A DNA stretch of 63,985 nt, filler included, from Psammoneis japonica (GCA_008632985.1; 3 parts of 3 records of this genome joined end to end with filler, not necessarily neighbours in it), one strand, 5' to 3'. Shown: positions 23,343 through 36,465, numbered from the whole stretch's first letter. Notes: a model not told the origin generated them from the letters alone. A program made the numbers and translations.

Positions 23343-24890
23343 ATGACTCATGCCAGTCCAGTTGTCGTCGCTTGTGTGAGCACCTCTCTGGGCAAAGCAA
23401 AAAACAAGCCTCTGCATGTTCTCCTCGACAGCGGAACATCGTCAACCACAATTTTGCGCAAATTCACGCGGAAACTCAGAACCAAACCATCCGCCACCAA
23501 ACTCTGGGAAACCAAAGGAGGGCTCTTTATGACTGACAGTCAATGTAAAATCCAACTCTCCTCACCCGAATTTGATGAACATGAGATGATCGAAACAACG
23601 GCACATGTTGACAATTCCTCTTCCTCTTCGAGTCGTTATGACATGATCATGGGACGTGACTCAATGTCGAGTCTTGGGACAACATTGGACTTCTCGAATG
23701 AAGAAATCAAATGGGGGGATGCGACTGCTCCCATGAAGAATGTTGGTGCACTCTTCGATGCCGATGTTTTTAAGTTGATTGCCGATCACATTGAGGAATC
23801 TCATGCAGTGATTGGCCTTGATGACAGGGTCAATCGGATCCTTGACTCAGACTGTCACGCCGCAAACCTCAATGATGTGACAGCAGCAGCCACTCATCTA
23901 ACTCCTGAAGAGCAGAAGCAGCTAAACTTCCTCTTAAAAAGATTTGAAAACCTTTTCGATGGTTCTCCAGGCAAATGGACCGGGAAACCAGTGGATTTAA
24001 AGTTGAAATTGGGCGCGAGTCCGCATCATGCTAAACCATTTCCCGTGCCACAAGCCTTAGAGGCGACTGCTCGCAAGGAGGTTGAAAGACTGTGCAAGTT
24101 AAAAATCTCAAGAAAAAAACTGTGTGTGGATCTCATTGGGCCACACAAAATGCGTCGTAAGGGAAAGAAAGAACCCCTGGTCCTGAAATGTTTGACAATG
24201 ATTGATCCAGCAACCGGATGGTTTGAAGTTGTGGAAATCCCAAATGAGGAATCCATGGCTGTGGCTGGACTGCTAGAACGAACGTGGTTGAGTGGATGTC
24301 CTTGGCCATCGTCAATTGCACATGACCGTGGCAGTGAGTTCATCGGACACCAATTCAAAGACATGGTGCAAGAGGATTGTGGCATTAAAGTCAAGCCCAC
24401 AACTGCACGAAATCCACAAGCAAACGCAATTGTTGAACGCGTACATCAAGTACTCGGAAATATGATCCGCACACTTGATTTGCAACATACACCTCTAGAT
24501 GCTGAGGATCCCTTCGCTGGAATATTATCAGCAGTAGCTTTTGCTGTACGTTCTACGTATCATACTACTACGCAAGCTACACCTGGACAATTGGTCTTTA
24601 ACAGAGACATGATATTTAACGTCCAACATATCGCAGACTGGAAATTAATCCAGCAGCGAAAACAAGAAATCATAAATAAAAATAACGCTCGGGAGAATGC
24701 TCGACGCACTCATTATACGTACAGAGTAGGAGAGAAGATACTACTCGAAAAAGACTCGCAGAAATTAGAACAGCCCTACGTTGGACCGTATGTAATAATA
24801 ACGGTACACACTAATGGCACAGTACAGATCAAACGCGGTGACGTCATTGACACTGTCAACATTCGTCGAATAATGCCGTTTAACGACTGA
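23343..24890 (+). pseudogene. Gypsy pol remnant: aspartic protease + start of RT joined to integrase core
   Basis: LLDSG...DMIMGRD (protease); KPFPVP..EVERL (RT start) jumps to LCVDLIGP...DRGSEF...NPQANAIVER (D,D,E) and YVGPY (GPY/F). Confidence 0.9.
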
Positions 24891-25737
24891 CTCTAATGTG
24901 CAATTAGGGAGGCGAATGCAATATGCGTTGTTATGTACGTTATATATATGTATATGTATATATAAAATAAATTTATATTCCAATCGTACGTCAATCGTGG
25001 GTTCGTACGAGGACAGATCAATCACACAGAGTTGATCGGATGTCGAGAATCGCGAATGCGACTGTACGATGATGTTGACATCTTATGTGTCAATGTCAAT
25101 CGTATCCGGACAATCTGTTGTCACGATCGTATTCTCCGAAAGGCCTTTTGTCTGTAGGAGCAGTGCAAAAGGTTCAGGCTGTTGAGAGCCCGTTCGGAAA
25201 AACCAAAATGATCACGCAGAAATGATTCTCACAATTTTCACTTTTTGAACTTCGTTCTACTTTCGTTTACACTCATTCTTCGAGCACAGTGCAGGGATGC
25301 CAAGGCAACAATTTGGACAATGCATGAATCTGTGCGGTTGGCAGGTGGGTTGCCCTCTGTCACTCTCTGACTGCTCTCCTCTTGTGTCTGCTGGCACGCT
25401 CTTGGATGAGCTCTCTGGTTGGTTGTGGTCCAGGCCATGAGCACCACCAGACCTCAAACCAGGTCCTTGGAACCCAGAGTCAGAAACTCTGGCCAGCTGC
25501 CAGAGCAGAGAGTTGCAAAGGGTGGGAGTTGCAGGCCACAAGTGAAACATTGCTCTCAACTCACAGCGCAACACAGCACTGACAAAAGAAATGAAGAGTG
25601 AGCTTGCTGTGGCTCCAGCAGTGCTTGTAGACTCACGCACTGCATCTGCATGGCAAAAGCAAAGAAAAGCAGATCATGGAAAACAACCCTCCACTTGTGC
25701 AGGGGAAGGCACAGACCATTGTCTCGCGTTGGTCTCT

Positions 25738-26050
25738 GATCTGCGCTGAAGATGTTGTCAGACCCCTTTCTGCTTTTGCCTTTGGATCAGTGGTGTGGGC
25801 TTGAAGAACTCACAGATGTTGGTCTCTGCTGGTGTCCGACTCATTGTGGTGGTGCAACTTGCAGTGAAGATTCTGTGAGAGTGGCCAAAAGCTGTTGAGT
25901 CGATCTGCACTGAAGATGTTGTCAGACCCCGTTCTGCTTTTGCCTTTGGATCAGCGGTGTGGGCACAAAGAATTCACAAGTGTCAGTGTCTGCTGGTGTC
26001 CGACTCATTGTGGTGGTGCAACTTGCAGTGAAGAGTCTGTGAGAGTGGAG
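25738..26050. repeat. Two imperfect ~163-bp tandem units
   Basis: gatctgc(g/a)ctgaagatgttgtcagacccc at 25738 and 25901. Confidence 0.75.
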
Positions 26051-27620
26051 GCAAAAAGCCATCAAATCTTTTGATGCACGCACCAAAGATTTGCAAGAAA
26101 GGAACACAAAATGCGACGTGTTCCAGCCGCACGTGAACCAAATCGTGCACAAAAACGACATTTGCGCGATTTTTGCGCGGTCCCTAACTTGCGATCGAAC
26201 TTTCACCACCAAAAGTGCAGATTTGTGCAAATGCAAATGTTTTGCAACACTGACAAGACTCATGTGAGTGTTGCAATGTCATTGTCATTGTGCCATCTAT
26301 GTTTTTCATTGCGTTGAAAGATTTGCAACACAATGGATGATTTTCGGCGAAAACATTGCCATCATTTGGATGTTGCCCAAATGTGTCTTTCTACGATGCC
26401 ACTTGGTGGGTTTTCTACCTGCAAAAAAATCTCAGCATAAATCCACTGACGTGCAATCAGTGTTGAGTCTGCTGAGGAAGTTTGTGATGCACATCCCATG
26501 AGGATTTGAGTGCCCCTCAAAAAACTGTTTAAATGTTCACACTCTAGAAGCCTGCAAAAGTCAATCCGTCCAAGCATTTTCATTGAAATGCTGTGTGCAC
26601 TAAAACATGCATAAATTGTGTTCAAAATCCGATTGTCGTTTTGTGCATCACCTGGGATGCATCATCCAGGACATCCAGGACATGAGTTAGCCAGGGCAGG
26701 GCTAGTTGGTCGCGCACGTTTGGGTTCGATGCAGCCATGCAACTGGCCACACCCTGCAGGAAAAGCTGTTGGTGGCGCGAGAGCTGAAGCAACAAAGCAA
26801 AGAACACGGCGTGGGTTAAAACGTTGTAAAATGACGCAACAAAAAGCAGCGAGAAGAAACCCAACTTGACCCATGAATGCAGCGCATGCATGTTGTCCAA
26901 CCACTTCAATGGCATCTTGCATTCCCAGCTTGTAGATGAGGGGACGGCGTTCGCGTTTCTCGCCATGGTGTTGTTGTGCGTTGTCATGTTGTTTGCACGC
27001 GAAGAACACGAGATCTGTTCATGCGACAGTGACTCTGTTTTGGCAACAGCAGATGTTTTGCTGTGCGCAATGTGAAGTCATTTTGAGAAGCGCTTCGGGG
27101 AAACTCTGTGCGGACCGTCAAATGGAATTTTTTTAATCCAGATTCCACAGTTCTTTCGGGGTGTTCTGTCAGACTTTTGAGTTGGCACATGTGTGTGTTG
27201 GAGGCACGAGCAAATTCAATGATGTGTGACAGCCTCAGAGACCTGCACAAATTTGTGTTCCATGCAGACCACGCAGATTGTGCACGGGCAGAAAATCCAC
27301 CGCCTGTCAACTCATCAGCAGCAATTCTGCGCATGCTCCACTTACACCTCACACACGCACACACGCCTGCACAGTCGAAGACCCTGTCCAAACTGGGTCA
27401 TGCGACGCATGATCACACCTGACGTCATAAAGCCCAAAATTAGCCTGTTCAAAAAAATTGGTGGTCATCAGCCCCATGCATGATGCAATTTTAGGCCGTG
27501 CGATTTTTCCAGAGGAACAGTTTTCTCACGATGACACTGTTGGGGTCGACACATGAAACGACCCAGAAGCAGCTTTTTTGATGCAATCAAAGCACTTGTG
27601 GCTGCATCCTGTCCAAGACA

Positions 27621-27720
27621 NNNNNNNNNNNNNNNNNNNNNNNNNNNNNNNNNNNNNNNNNNNNTTAATTAATTAANNNNNNNNNNNNNNNNNNNNNNNN
27701 NNNNNNNNNNNNNNNNNNNN
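27621..27720. other. Artificial contig linker
   Basis: N-run + TTAATTAATTAA (stops in six frames) + N-run, repeated at 55224-55323. Confidence 0.93.
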
Positions 27721-27880
27721 ACCCACCATGGCGCTGCGCGAGGAACCTTCCGATTCACCCGACGCCGATGCCCCGTCTCATGGCAAAGATGATGAATGCG
27801 AACATGTTTTCACAAATGGATTGGGGATCACCGATGAGAACGAAAAGGCAAAACTCCGTGTCTAAAGCTTTGCCAATGAG

Positions 27881-30658
27881 TTGATGAAATTTCTTCAACT
27901 CCCACACCTTGGTCATTTGGTTGCACACAACAAAATTTTGCCACATGTCCCAGAAAAAAACAACAACCCGGAGCACTGGCTGTGTCGGCTCCATCGCGAT
28001 TGCGACACTCAGGAAAGGCACATGTCTTTTATGAACAATTTTTTGGCCTTGTCTCACTGCGAGACCACCAAGGATGACAACCCCCTCACCCATCCCGTTT
28101 TCGTGAAGAACCTCTTCGCCGAGAAAGGAAACGACTGGGAAGCTTTCATGGCCAATCAAATGACAACCGTCGAGAGGATTCAGTTGCACTCCAATCACGT
28201 TGACCAAAAGCTCGTGGCCACTGTCAAATGTCGTCGGCGCATTGACCCCGCCGATGATTCAGGAACGAGTGAACGTGCCCGTGATCGTTGCAAGGCAATG
28301 TGGCAAGCCCGACTTCGTGATTGGGCGTTGCACCACAAGAAAAAGGGGCTGGGCAGTGTGTTCCCATCCATCACTTGTGAAGCAAAGAAACACAAAGCCA
28401 CAGCCTCTCTCTGTTCCGATCAGGCCACCCCATCCAAGAGATCGACGCAGGAAACGCCGGTTCTTTCTTCCGACCCCCTGGAAGGGTTGCTCATGTTCGA
28501 GGAGCATCTGGCCAAGTCGCGCGAGGTTTGGCGGAAAAAAAAAGCCCAAGCACTTGTGTTGCCGCCTTTGCCCGACAATTTTGAAGAGGATGAACTTAAA
28601 CTCCGGTTCCCTGATTCATGCCCGCTGGCCAGCCCTGCAGACGTCAAGAGACACCACTCCCACCTTTCCATTTTGGAGAAAACCCCACCCATGGGAAGCC
28701 TGCCGCCCAACGCAGTGCGTCACATTCTCCTCCACACCACCGCTGATTGCTGCCTCGTTGATGATCTGCGCCAGTGCCATCACGGCTTCTACAATGGGTC
28801 TTTGCCCAGCGATCCGATGAAGGAGCCAGCAGTCACCACCACGTGCTCCACGGAAGCTTCGTCTCACTTGACGGACAAGGTTTCTTTTCTCAGGTTTTCC
28901 AACCCGATTTTTCAAAAACACTTTGGTCCTGTGCGGGCGAACATCCCGTCCCTTGTTAGAGCTGTTCTGCAGCATGGCAGCCCTGGCAAAGACAGGGATG
29001 GCCGCGGCAGCAAGATGCGTTGCCGCATCGAATTTGGTTGTTCCGGACAGAATTGCGTTGAGGCTCTCCCCGAAGAAGCGGAGGTTGGACCAGTCAGCAA
29101 ACCCGGTGCCACGCACGGGATGGATCTGTGGTCCAAGCTCCCCGAAGTTGTCCAACGAATGACAGCGGAGCTTCTCGACGCCATGCAAAGATGCGAGGAC
29201 GAGACAGAGGTCGCTGGTTTCCAAAACCAACGCCCTTTCAACGACGAAGCTCGTGACAGCCAATGTGCAGCTCAGCTCAGGGCTGCAATTGGCGCCTTTG
29301 TTTTTAGACGAGAAGACGTCACCCTGCAGTGCAAGTGTTTGTCTTTGCAAGCAGCAAAGCACAACCAAGGACCCAATTTGTGTGATCCGTCATTGCAGGA
29401 TGCAAATGATGACGGCGCACACAATGCTCCCGACCACCCAGCCGAGCCTCCGTCGTTGCAGGACGGGAATGAAGGAGAATCACCAACGTCAGCCGACGAC
29501 ACAGCCGAGCCACCTCTTGCTGACGAGAACGTCAATGATGACCGAAATGCACGTTCCCAGGACACACTGGGTCATGAAGACTCTGAAAATTGCACCAAAA
29601 AGGGCTGCTCAAAGACCAGCACCTTTTGCGCCAACATTGCTGACATTCGTGGACATGTGTGGTCCTTCAAGGCTGTCACCAATGGCAAAGGTAAAATCGG
29701 CAGATACATGGACTCCAAGTGCGACCACAAATGTCTAAAAGATCGAGTGGGAATGCACCTTTCCTGTCTTGATGCTTCATGCCAAGCTCAGATGATGCTG
29801 CACAAGGGTCCATGCCGTCCGTCAGAAGGCAAGCTCACACACAAAAACTTGATCGAATTCTTTCTAGATCGCCACTGTGAATTCATTGAAGAAAACATTG
29901 GGAGGGAGTCACGCAATGGTGACTCAGTCAAGCCACCCGTGGTGATGGCGCGTCGCATTGTTCATCCGTTCGCCATCGTGAGAGACTTCTTCCTCTCTCT
30001 TGCGGCGACTGCCATCTTTGGTCTGCTCCCCCACATCGGTGTCAGCAAAGCCATTCACTTGGCAATCATGGCGGGTTGCAAGACCGGTCACTTGCGATTT
30101 TGCCACATTCTCAGTGACATGCACGCGGTTGTCTCGGCACAAGACCCCATTCTCCACTGTCATCAAGAGGCGATGGCCAAGTTTGGAAGCATTGCTGGCG
30201 ATAGAAACAATGCTGGGCTTTCGTCTCCTGGCGTTGATTTCAAAAAGATCTTCATCAGCAAGTGCGGCAAGCGTTTGAGCTCTGTGATGGATGACATTGA
30301 ATGCGGGGTGCGTGAAGCCACATCTTGGATCAATGGCAATGTTGGAACCGAAGCTTTCAATCATGAATCTGTCGAAGCCAAATTCCAAGACATTGCCAGG
30401 AAATGGGAAGGAAAAGGCGCCGATTGTGCCGAGTTCCGATTCATGATCACTGCACAAATTTGCGTGCCAATTGGATTGGGTGTGAAGCCACACCCGGATC
30501 TTTGCAACCTTGTTTATCCTGTGTCGACCTCAGGCGCTGCGAAACAGATGCGCGTCATGGGGACACCCAAAGGCGCCCGCCCTGCCATCATGAGACGTCT
30601 GACAAACGATTTTGGTCTTCAAAAGTGTGGGTTGAATGGTGCCGAGGGATTGATGTGA
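27881..30658 (+). pseudogene. Large unknown ORF (925 aa), TpA-mutated
   Basis: Long frame nearly devoid of Tyr with excess Cys/His; contains HEDSEN (HxDxxN); no family securely recognised. Confidence 0.5.
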
Positions 30659-31682
30659 GACGTCAGTGACGAGCGATTCGACATGGGCATCTGCGACGTT
30701 TTCATGTGCGGGCAGGATCTTCATTTACTTTTCCCTGATGGTCGCCCCATGATTAAAAAGTTTGATTCTTACGAGTGGCACACCGTGGCTTTTACGCCGT
30801 TGGACGACTGGTCCCCCGCCACCGACTGGTGAGTTCATTCACACCATGATGACACCTGCATTTTTGGCCTGCATGCTGGTCAACACAGCATTTTGTTTTT
30901 TTGTTGTCCTGTCGCATTTCAGCGCCTGTGCCATTTGTTTGGCGCCCACAGTTGGAGACATTGCTTGCCTGGCTGCCGATCATTCCACCACGGGTGAGGA
31001 AAACGATGCAGGCGTAGTCCGTGACATGAGCGTCGACGAGACCAATTCTCAAACTTCTGAGTGCAGTGGATTGTCCCAGGAGATGGACGATTTTATCCGC
31101 AAAATGGAAATCAACTCCTCCAATGAGAGATTTCGCGACTGCCACGAATGACCCAGCAAGTTTCGAGTGTGTCTACAACAGGACAGGACCAGTCAGTTTG
31201 GTGTGATCGAAAACAGGCGTGTCTCACATTTTTTTTGATCGCGTCTGTCGGAATCACATCCCCCGACGCACGCGTAAACTCGAACTCACAATTTCCAAAC
31301 AAAACCACATTTTCTTTTTTGCGAAAGCCACACGCAGTTTTTCACCATGAGCGATCGTCGTCAAGCCTTCCTTTCCAGTGGAGAAGAAGTCAGTAGAATC
31401 AGCGACCGCCTCGCCGATCGGTTGGCCAGAATGAACACTTTGACCCAGCGGTTGTCCGAATCAACAACCGACACCGGAGCAGCCGCACAATCCGTCACTC
31501 AAACCACAGCAATCCGCACCCTTAGAGACGAAATTGGGGACACTCTCCAAGAAATCAGGCATTGTTTGGGCCGTCTAATGGCACGGGTGTCTCACCTGCG
31601 TCATGCAACAAATTACGGATTTTTGTCTGGTGAAGAGGACTCAGGTGAAGACCAACTTAGCTGCGAGGAAAGACAATTTTGG

Positions 31683-34600
31683 GAAGGTTCTTCGTTCGAA
31701 GAGAATTCGATTCACGAGGAATCATCCATCGGCAGTCGGCCGAGCAGGCCCAGTGAAGAATCATCCATCAGCAGTCGGCCAAGCAGGCCCAGTGAAGAAT
31801 CATCCTCTGCATCAATCAACAGTCGGTCAAGTCGGCCGAGCGAAGACAGTGACGAAGAATCCGAATCATCGGAACGTCATCATCTCACCCTTGCAGATTG
31901 TCACATTGGGGAACGTGTTCGAATGTCAAATCTTGTCAACACCGCAACCTCGATGCAATTGGCACTGTGTCGCACATGACTGCGTGACGACAACACATGC
32001 AAACCGACAATGGCAGATTGATTCAACGATCTGCAAATTACGTCGAGCCTGTGGAGACACAAGAAGACCGTTGAACAAGCCCACAATGACTCTTCTCTGC
32101 ATCATGTCTCTCGTTCAATTGGTGCCTTTATGCTGGCTTGAACTGCAGTCTTTTCATCGCTTTTGGCAACTGCACCCGTGGTGGATCTGGACGCGGGGCT
32201 CCATGCAATTCCTGCTCCGGGAGACACAAGACCACCGGAAAGCCCCTCAAGCATGTTTCTGCAATCGACACAAATGCAAGTCTACACATTTTTCTGTGAT
32301 TTTAACTTCTCATTTATCAGGTTGACATTTCGTTCACATCGGATTCCGCACTTGGGGCGGGGTGGCTGATTGGTCAAGCTGGGAAAGTTTCACCACCAGC
32401 CTGGCGCATGATGCCATGAAATTGCATGTTCCTGTTGGATCGCAGGCATGTTTCGATCCTTGGCGTCTCGCCACCTCTCTCAATCGCATGTTTTTTGCAC
32501 AGCGCTGTGCATGCATGGCAGCGAAAGCCGGGTCCACCGACCATGTCAGTGAGACCACCACCATGAACGCTGTCACCACGCCACACCAACACCGATTTGT
32601 GCTTTGCCGACACCTCAAGCGGCACTTGGTAAAGCTTCGAATTCTCTGGCGTGCTTCCGCACACACCACAGCAATTCAGTTTCAAGCCACCCACGCCCAG
32701 CCCCATGTCGCAACTGCGCGGAAGGATTGCACTTCGTTCGTGCAAGCGCTCAAGCATGGAGTGAGAGTGGTCGACATGTGGTTTTTGAACGGTTGGATCC
32801 AGCCCAACCTTGGCCTCCGGGGCTGCACAGAGAAACGCATTGGTGAATCTAGGTTCCCATGATTTGTCAGCACCACACTCTGTTGTCAAGAATTTCTTGA
32901 GGCAAGCCACGAAAAGTTCCTGTGCGCGATGGGATGCCTTTTCATTCCCGAAATAAAAGCAGGTGCCGTCGCCCCGTGGTGTCAGCCACCATGTCCCCCC
33001 ATTCGTGATGGTGTTCACATTTTTCCAAGCAAGTGTTTTTCGTCGCTTCTTTTCCTTTACTTCCTCTTCTTTCTTCTTTCCTTCCCTTTCTTTCTTCTTC
33101 TTCTTCCTCTCTTCCATGGTTTCTTTCCTTTTGCAACACCTCGCCTTGTCCAGGAATGCCTCGTGAATCTCGTCTACAGTGCTGTTCCCCTCGAAAAAGG
33201 AAGAAGGTTCTTCGTTCGAAGAGAATTCGATTCACGAGGAATCATCCGTCGGCAGTCGGCCGAGTGGGCCCAGTGAAGAATCATCCGTCAGCAGTCTTCC
33301 AAGCAGGCCCAGCGAAGAATCATCCTCTGCATCAATCAACAGTCGGTCAAGTCGGCCGAGCGAAGATGGTGACGAAGAATCCGAATCATCGGAACGTCAT
33401 CATCTTGCCCTTGCAGATTGTCACATTGGGGAACATGTTCGAATGTCAAATCTTGTCGAGCCCACATTAGACCCTGCAAACCAACGCTGCAACACTCGTT
33501 GCATCACTCGACAACACCGCAACCTCGATGCAATTGGCACTGTGTCGCACACAACCACGCGACGATTGCACGTGCAAACCGACAACGGCAGATTGATTCA
33601 ACGATCTGCAAGTTACGTCGAGCCCATGGAGACACAAGAAGACCGTTGAACAAGCCCGCAATGACTCTTCTCTGCATCATGTCTCTCGTTCAATTGGCAC
33701 CTTTATGCTGGCTCGAACTGCAGTCTTTTCATTGCTTTTGGCAACTGCACCCGTGGTGGATCTGGATGCGGGGCTCCGTGCAATTCCCACTCCGGAAGAC
33801 ACAAGACCACCGGAAAGCCCCTCAAGCATGTTTCTACAATCGACACAAATCCAAGTCTACACATTTTTCTGTGATTTTAACTTCTCATTTGTCAGGTTGA
33901 CATTTCGTTCACATCGGATTCCGCACTTGGGGCAGGGTGGCTAATTGGTCAAGCTGGGAAAGTGTCGCCATTGGCCTGGCACATGATGCTGTGAAATTGC
34001 ACGTTCCTGTTGGATCGCAGGCATGTTTCGATCCTTGGCGTCTCGCCACCTCTCTCAATCGCATGTTTTTCGCACAGCGCCATGCATGCATGGCAGCGAA
34101 AGCCAGGTCCACCGACCATGTCAGTGAGACCACCACCATGAACGCTGTCACCACGCCACACCAACACCGATTTGTGCTTTACCGACACCTCAAGCGGCAC
34201 TTGGCAAAGCTTCGAATTCTCTGGCGTGCTTCCGCACACACCATGGCAATTCAGTTTCAAGCCACCCACGCCCAGCCCCATGTTGCAACTGCACGGAAGG
34301 ATTGTGTTTCGTTCGTGCAAGCGCTCAAGCGTGGAGTGAGAGCAGTCGATGTGTGGTTTTTGAACGGTTGGATCCAGCCCAACCTTGGCCTCCGGGGCTG
34401 CACAGAGAAACGCATTGGTGAATCTAGGTTCCCATGATTTGTCAGCACCACACTCTGTTGTCAAGAATTTCTTGAGGCAAGCCACGAAAAGTTCCTGTGC
34501 GCGATGGGATGCCTTTTCATTCCTGAAATAAAAGCAGGTGCCGTCGCCCCGTGGTGTCAGCCACCATGTCCCCCCATTCGTGATGGTGTTCACATTTTTC

Positions 34601-34778
34601 CAAGCAAGTGTTTTTTGTCGCTTCTTTTCCTTTACTTCCTCTTCTTTCTTCTTTCCTTCCCTTTCTTTCTTCTTCTTCTTCCTCTCTTCCATGGTTTCTT
34701 TCCTTTCGCAATGCCTCGCCTTGTCCAGGAATGCCTCGTGAATCTCGTCTGCAGCGCTGTTCCCCTCAAAAAAGGAAG
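31683..34778. repeat. ~1.5-kb tandem duplication (31683-33202 / 33203-34778)
   Basis: Both units start gaaggttcttcgttcgaagagaattcg; the junction has gaag microhomology; copy 1 lacks ~58 bp near 31937. Confidence 0.92.
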
Positions 34779-35307
34779 CAGGTGGCATTCCCGCAAAATC
34801 CATCTGGCACACTTCCTTTGGCTCGAATGAATCATGCTTCAACAGAGGAATTTGCTGCTCACATGTTGCTTTGTGGATGCTGCGTGCCACCCGGGTCAAG
34901 CCCGTGCGATTTCTCGTAGTCCGAGCGAGACTGTCGAGCCAATTCTGTTTGCAGCATGAAGACCAAAGAGCCGCAATCTGGGTGCACTCCTCTGTGCACT
35001 CTTTGTCTGTGGGATCCCCCTCCAGATTGGTGCACAACAACGCCTTGACACCCTCGGCTCTCTTTTTATCGCCCCTGTGTGATGTGCATGCATCGTGCGT
35101 TTCGACGACAAAAAGAAACCCTCGCAGCTCATTGCATTTGTCCGACCCTTCGTTGTTGACGTGATGCTCGAACAATTCTTTGCAAGACGCTAAAATGGAA
35201 GAATTGACAGGCCTCCATTCTCCCGGCGGGCACCCGTTGTCAACGGATGCGTCATCATGGCTGGGACGGTTGCATGCCATCTCCCATGGTTGTTGTGAAT
35301 CCACCAC
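33949..35307 (-). pseudogene. 2OG-Fe(II) dioxygenase-like (PhyH-type) ORF; partial duplicate at 32374-33117
   Basis: C-terminal QKPHID ... VLVWRGDSVHGGG ... FRCHAC matches the HxD...H...R arrangement of double-stranded beta-helix dioxygenases. Confidence 0.55.
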
Positions 35308-35624
35308 TTTTTGGGGGCGTGCTGATGATGCACGATCCTCATCTCTTCAACCTGCGAGAAAATTCTACGGCTTTGCAATGCTGCAATCTCGTGGCTGCTT
35401 TTTTTTGTGATGACGTGTTTGTTGCTGCTTCCATCGTATGGTCTGCCCCCCACACCCACGCGATCGAGTAGATCGCATCGTCAAAATGACGTCGAGAAAA
35501 GTTCAATGTCCATTCCATGACGCAGTGCTCATGCATGACGGACTCACAGACGAGCGAGCGATGGATGATTGCACTGGTGGGTGGACATGCGGTCTGCCCC
35601 TGACTTTTTTCCGGACATTCTTCA

Positions 35625-35932
35625 ACCTGCGAGAAATGCCTGCGGCTGTGCAATGCCACAACACACCCTCAACAGACGGTTGCACTTACGTCTGAGTGCG
35701 CATTTTCCCGAATTTCTTCGACCAACGAGAAAAACCTGCGGCTTTGCAATGCCGCAATCCTGCGTGATTGGACCGCCAACTACGAGAAATGCCTGCGGCT
35801 GTGCAACACCGCAACACACCCTCGACGGATGGTTGCACTCACGTCTAAGTGCGCATTTTCCCGAATTTCTTCGACCAACGAGAAAAACCTGCGGCTTTGC
35901 AATGCCGCAATCCTGCGTGATTGGACCGCCAA
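35625..35932. repeat. Two ~153-bp tandem units
   Basis: cgagaaatgcctgcggctgtgcaa...gcattttcccgaatttcttcgaccaacgag repeated at ~35630 and ~35783. Confidence 0.75.
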
Positions 35933-36465
35933 CTTCGATTCCATCTCACACATTTCCCCCGCGCAAACCCACCAGGTGCAGCAATCTCCGCACTCCCTTC
36001 TGCGGCTGCTGCTTCCGAGAGAATCATCGTGTGGAACTGCGTGGGCCAAATCAGCACAGATTTGGCAAATCAGATCTGCCCGGCATGTTTTCCATGGGAA
36101 TCTGCCCACGCAAGAAATCTCCTGACTTTTGTGTTACGAGCGTCAGCCACCATGGCTGCTCGCGGTGGCATCCCCCCCCGCTGCATGGTGCTCCGTTTGT
36201 TCTTCTTTTGCAGCAGGATGAGTTTTGTGTCAACTGTCAATTTTTACCATCACGTCCCGCCCCCGCTTGTTGACGACAGCTGACGTTTCCCAAGCGTTTT
36301 TGCGAGCCACTCGTTTTCGGCGTCATGCTCCGCGCTCCATTTTTGGCCCTTTTTGGCCAAAGAAACATTTGTGAGTGCACCAAATAAAAAGCTTTTTTGC
36401 GATCTACTCGTTTTCGGCGAAATGGTTTGCGGTCTATTTTTTTGCGGTTTGAAGCCAAAGAAACA

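Larger units (their letters stand above)
21707..25293 (+). mobile_element. Ty3/Gypsy LTR retrotransposon with RT/RNase H deleted (LTR 21707-22087, gag, PR-IN, PPT, LTR 24917-25293)
   Basis: Matching LTRs; polypurine tract agggaggcgaa at 24906-24916 directly before the 3' LTR. Confidence 0.9.

Noticed and set aside
26100..27620. Possible DNA transposon end and transposase fragments
   Set aside because: Too decayed to assign a family and truncated by the linker.
27665..27676. TTAATTAATTAA palindrome (also 55268-55279)
   Set aside because: Embedded in N-runs of the same design; an assembly linker.
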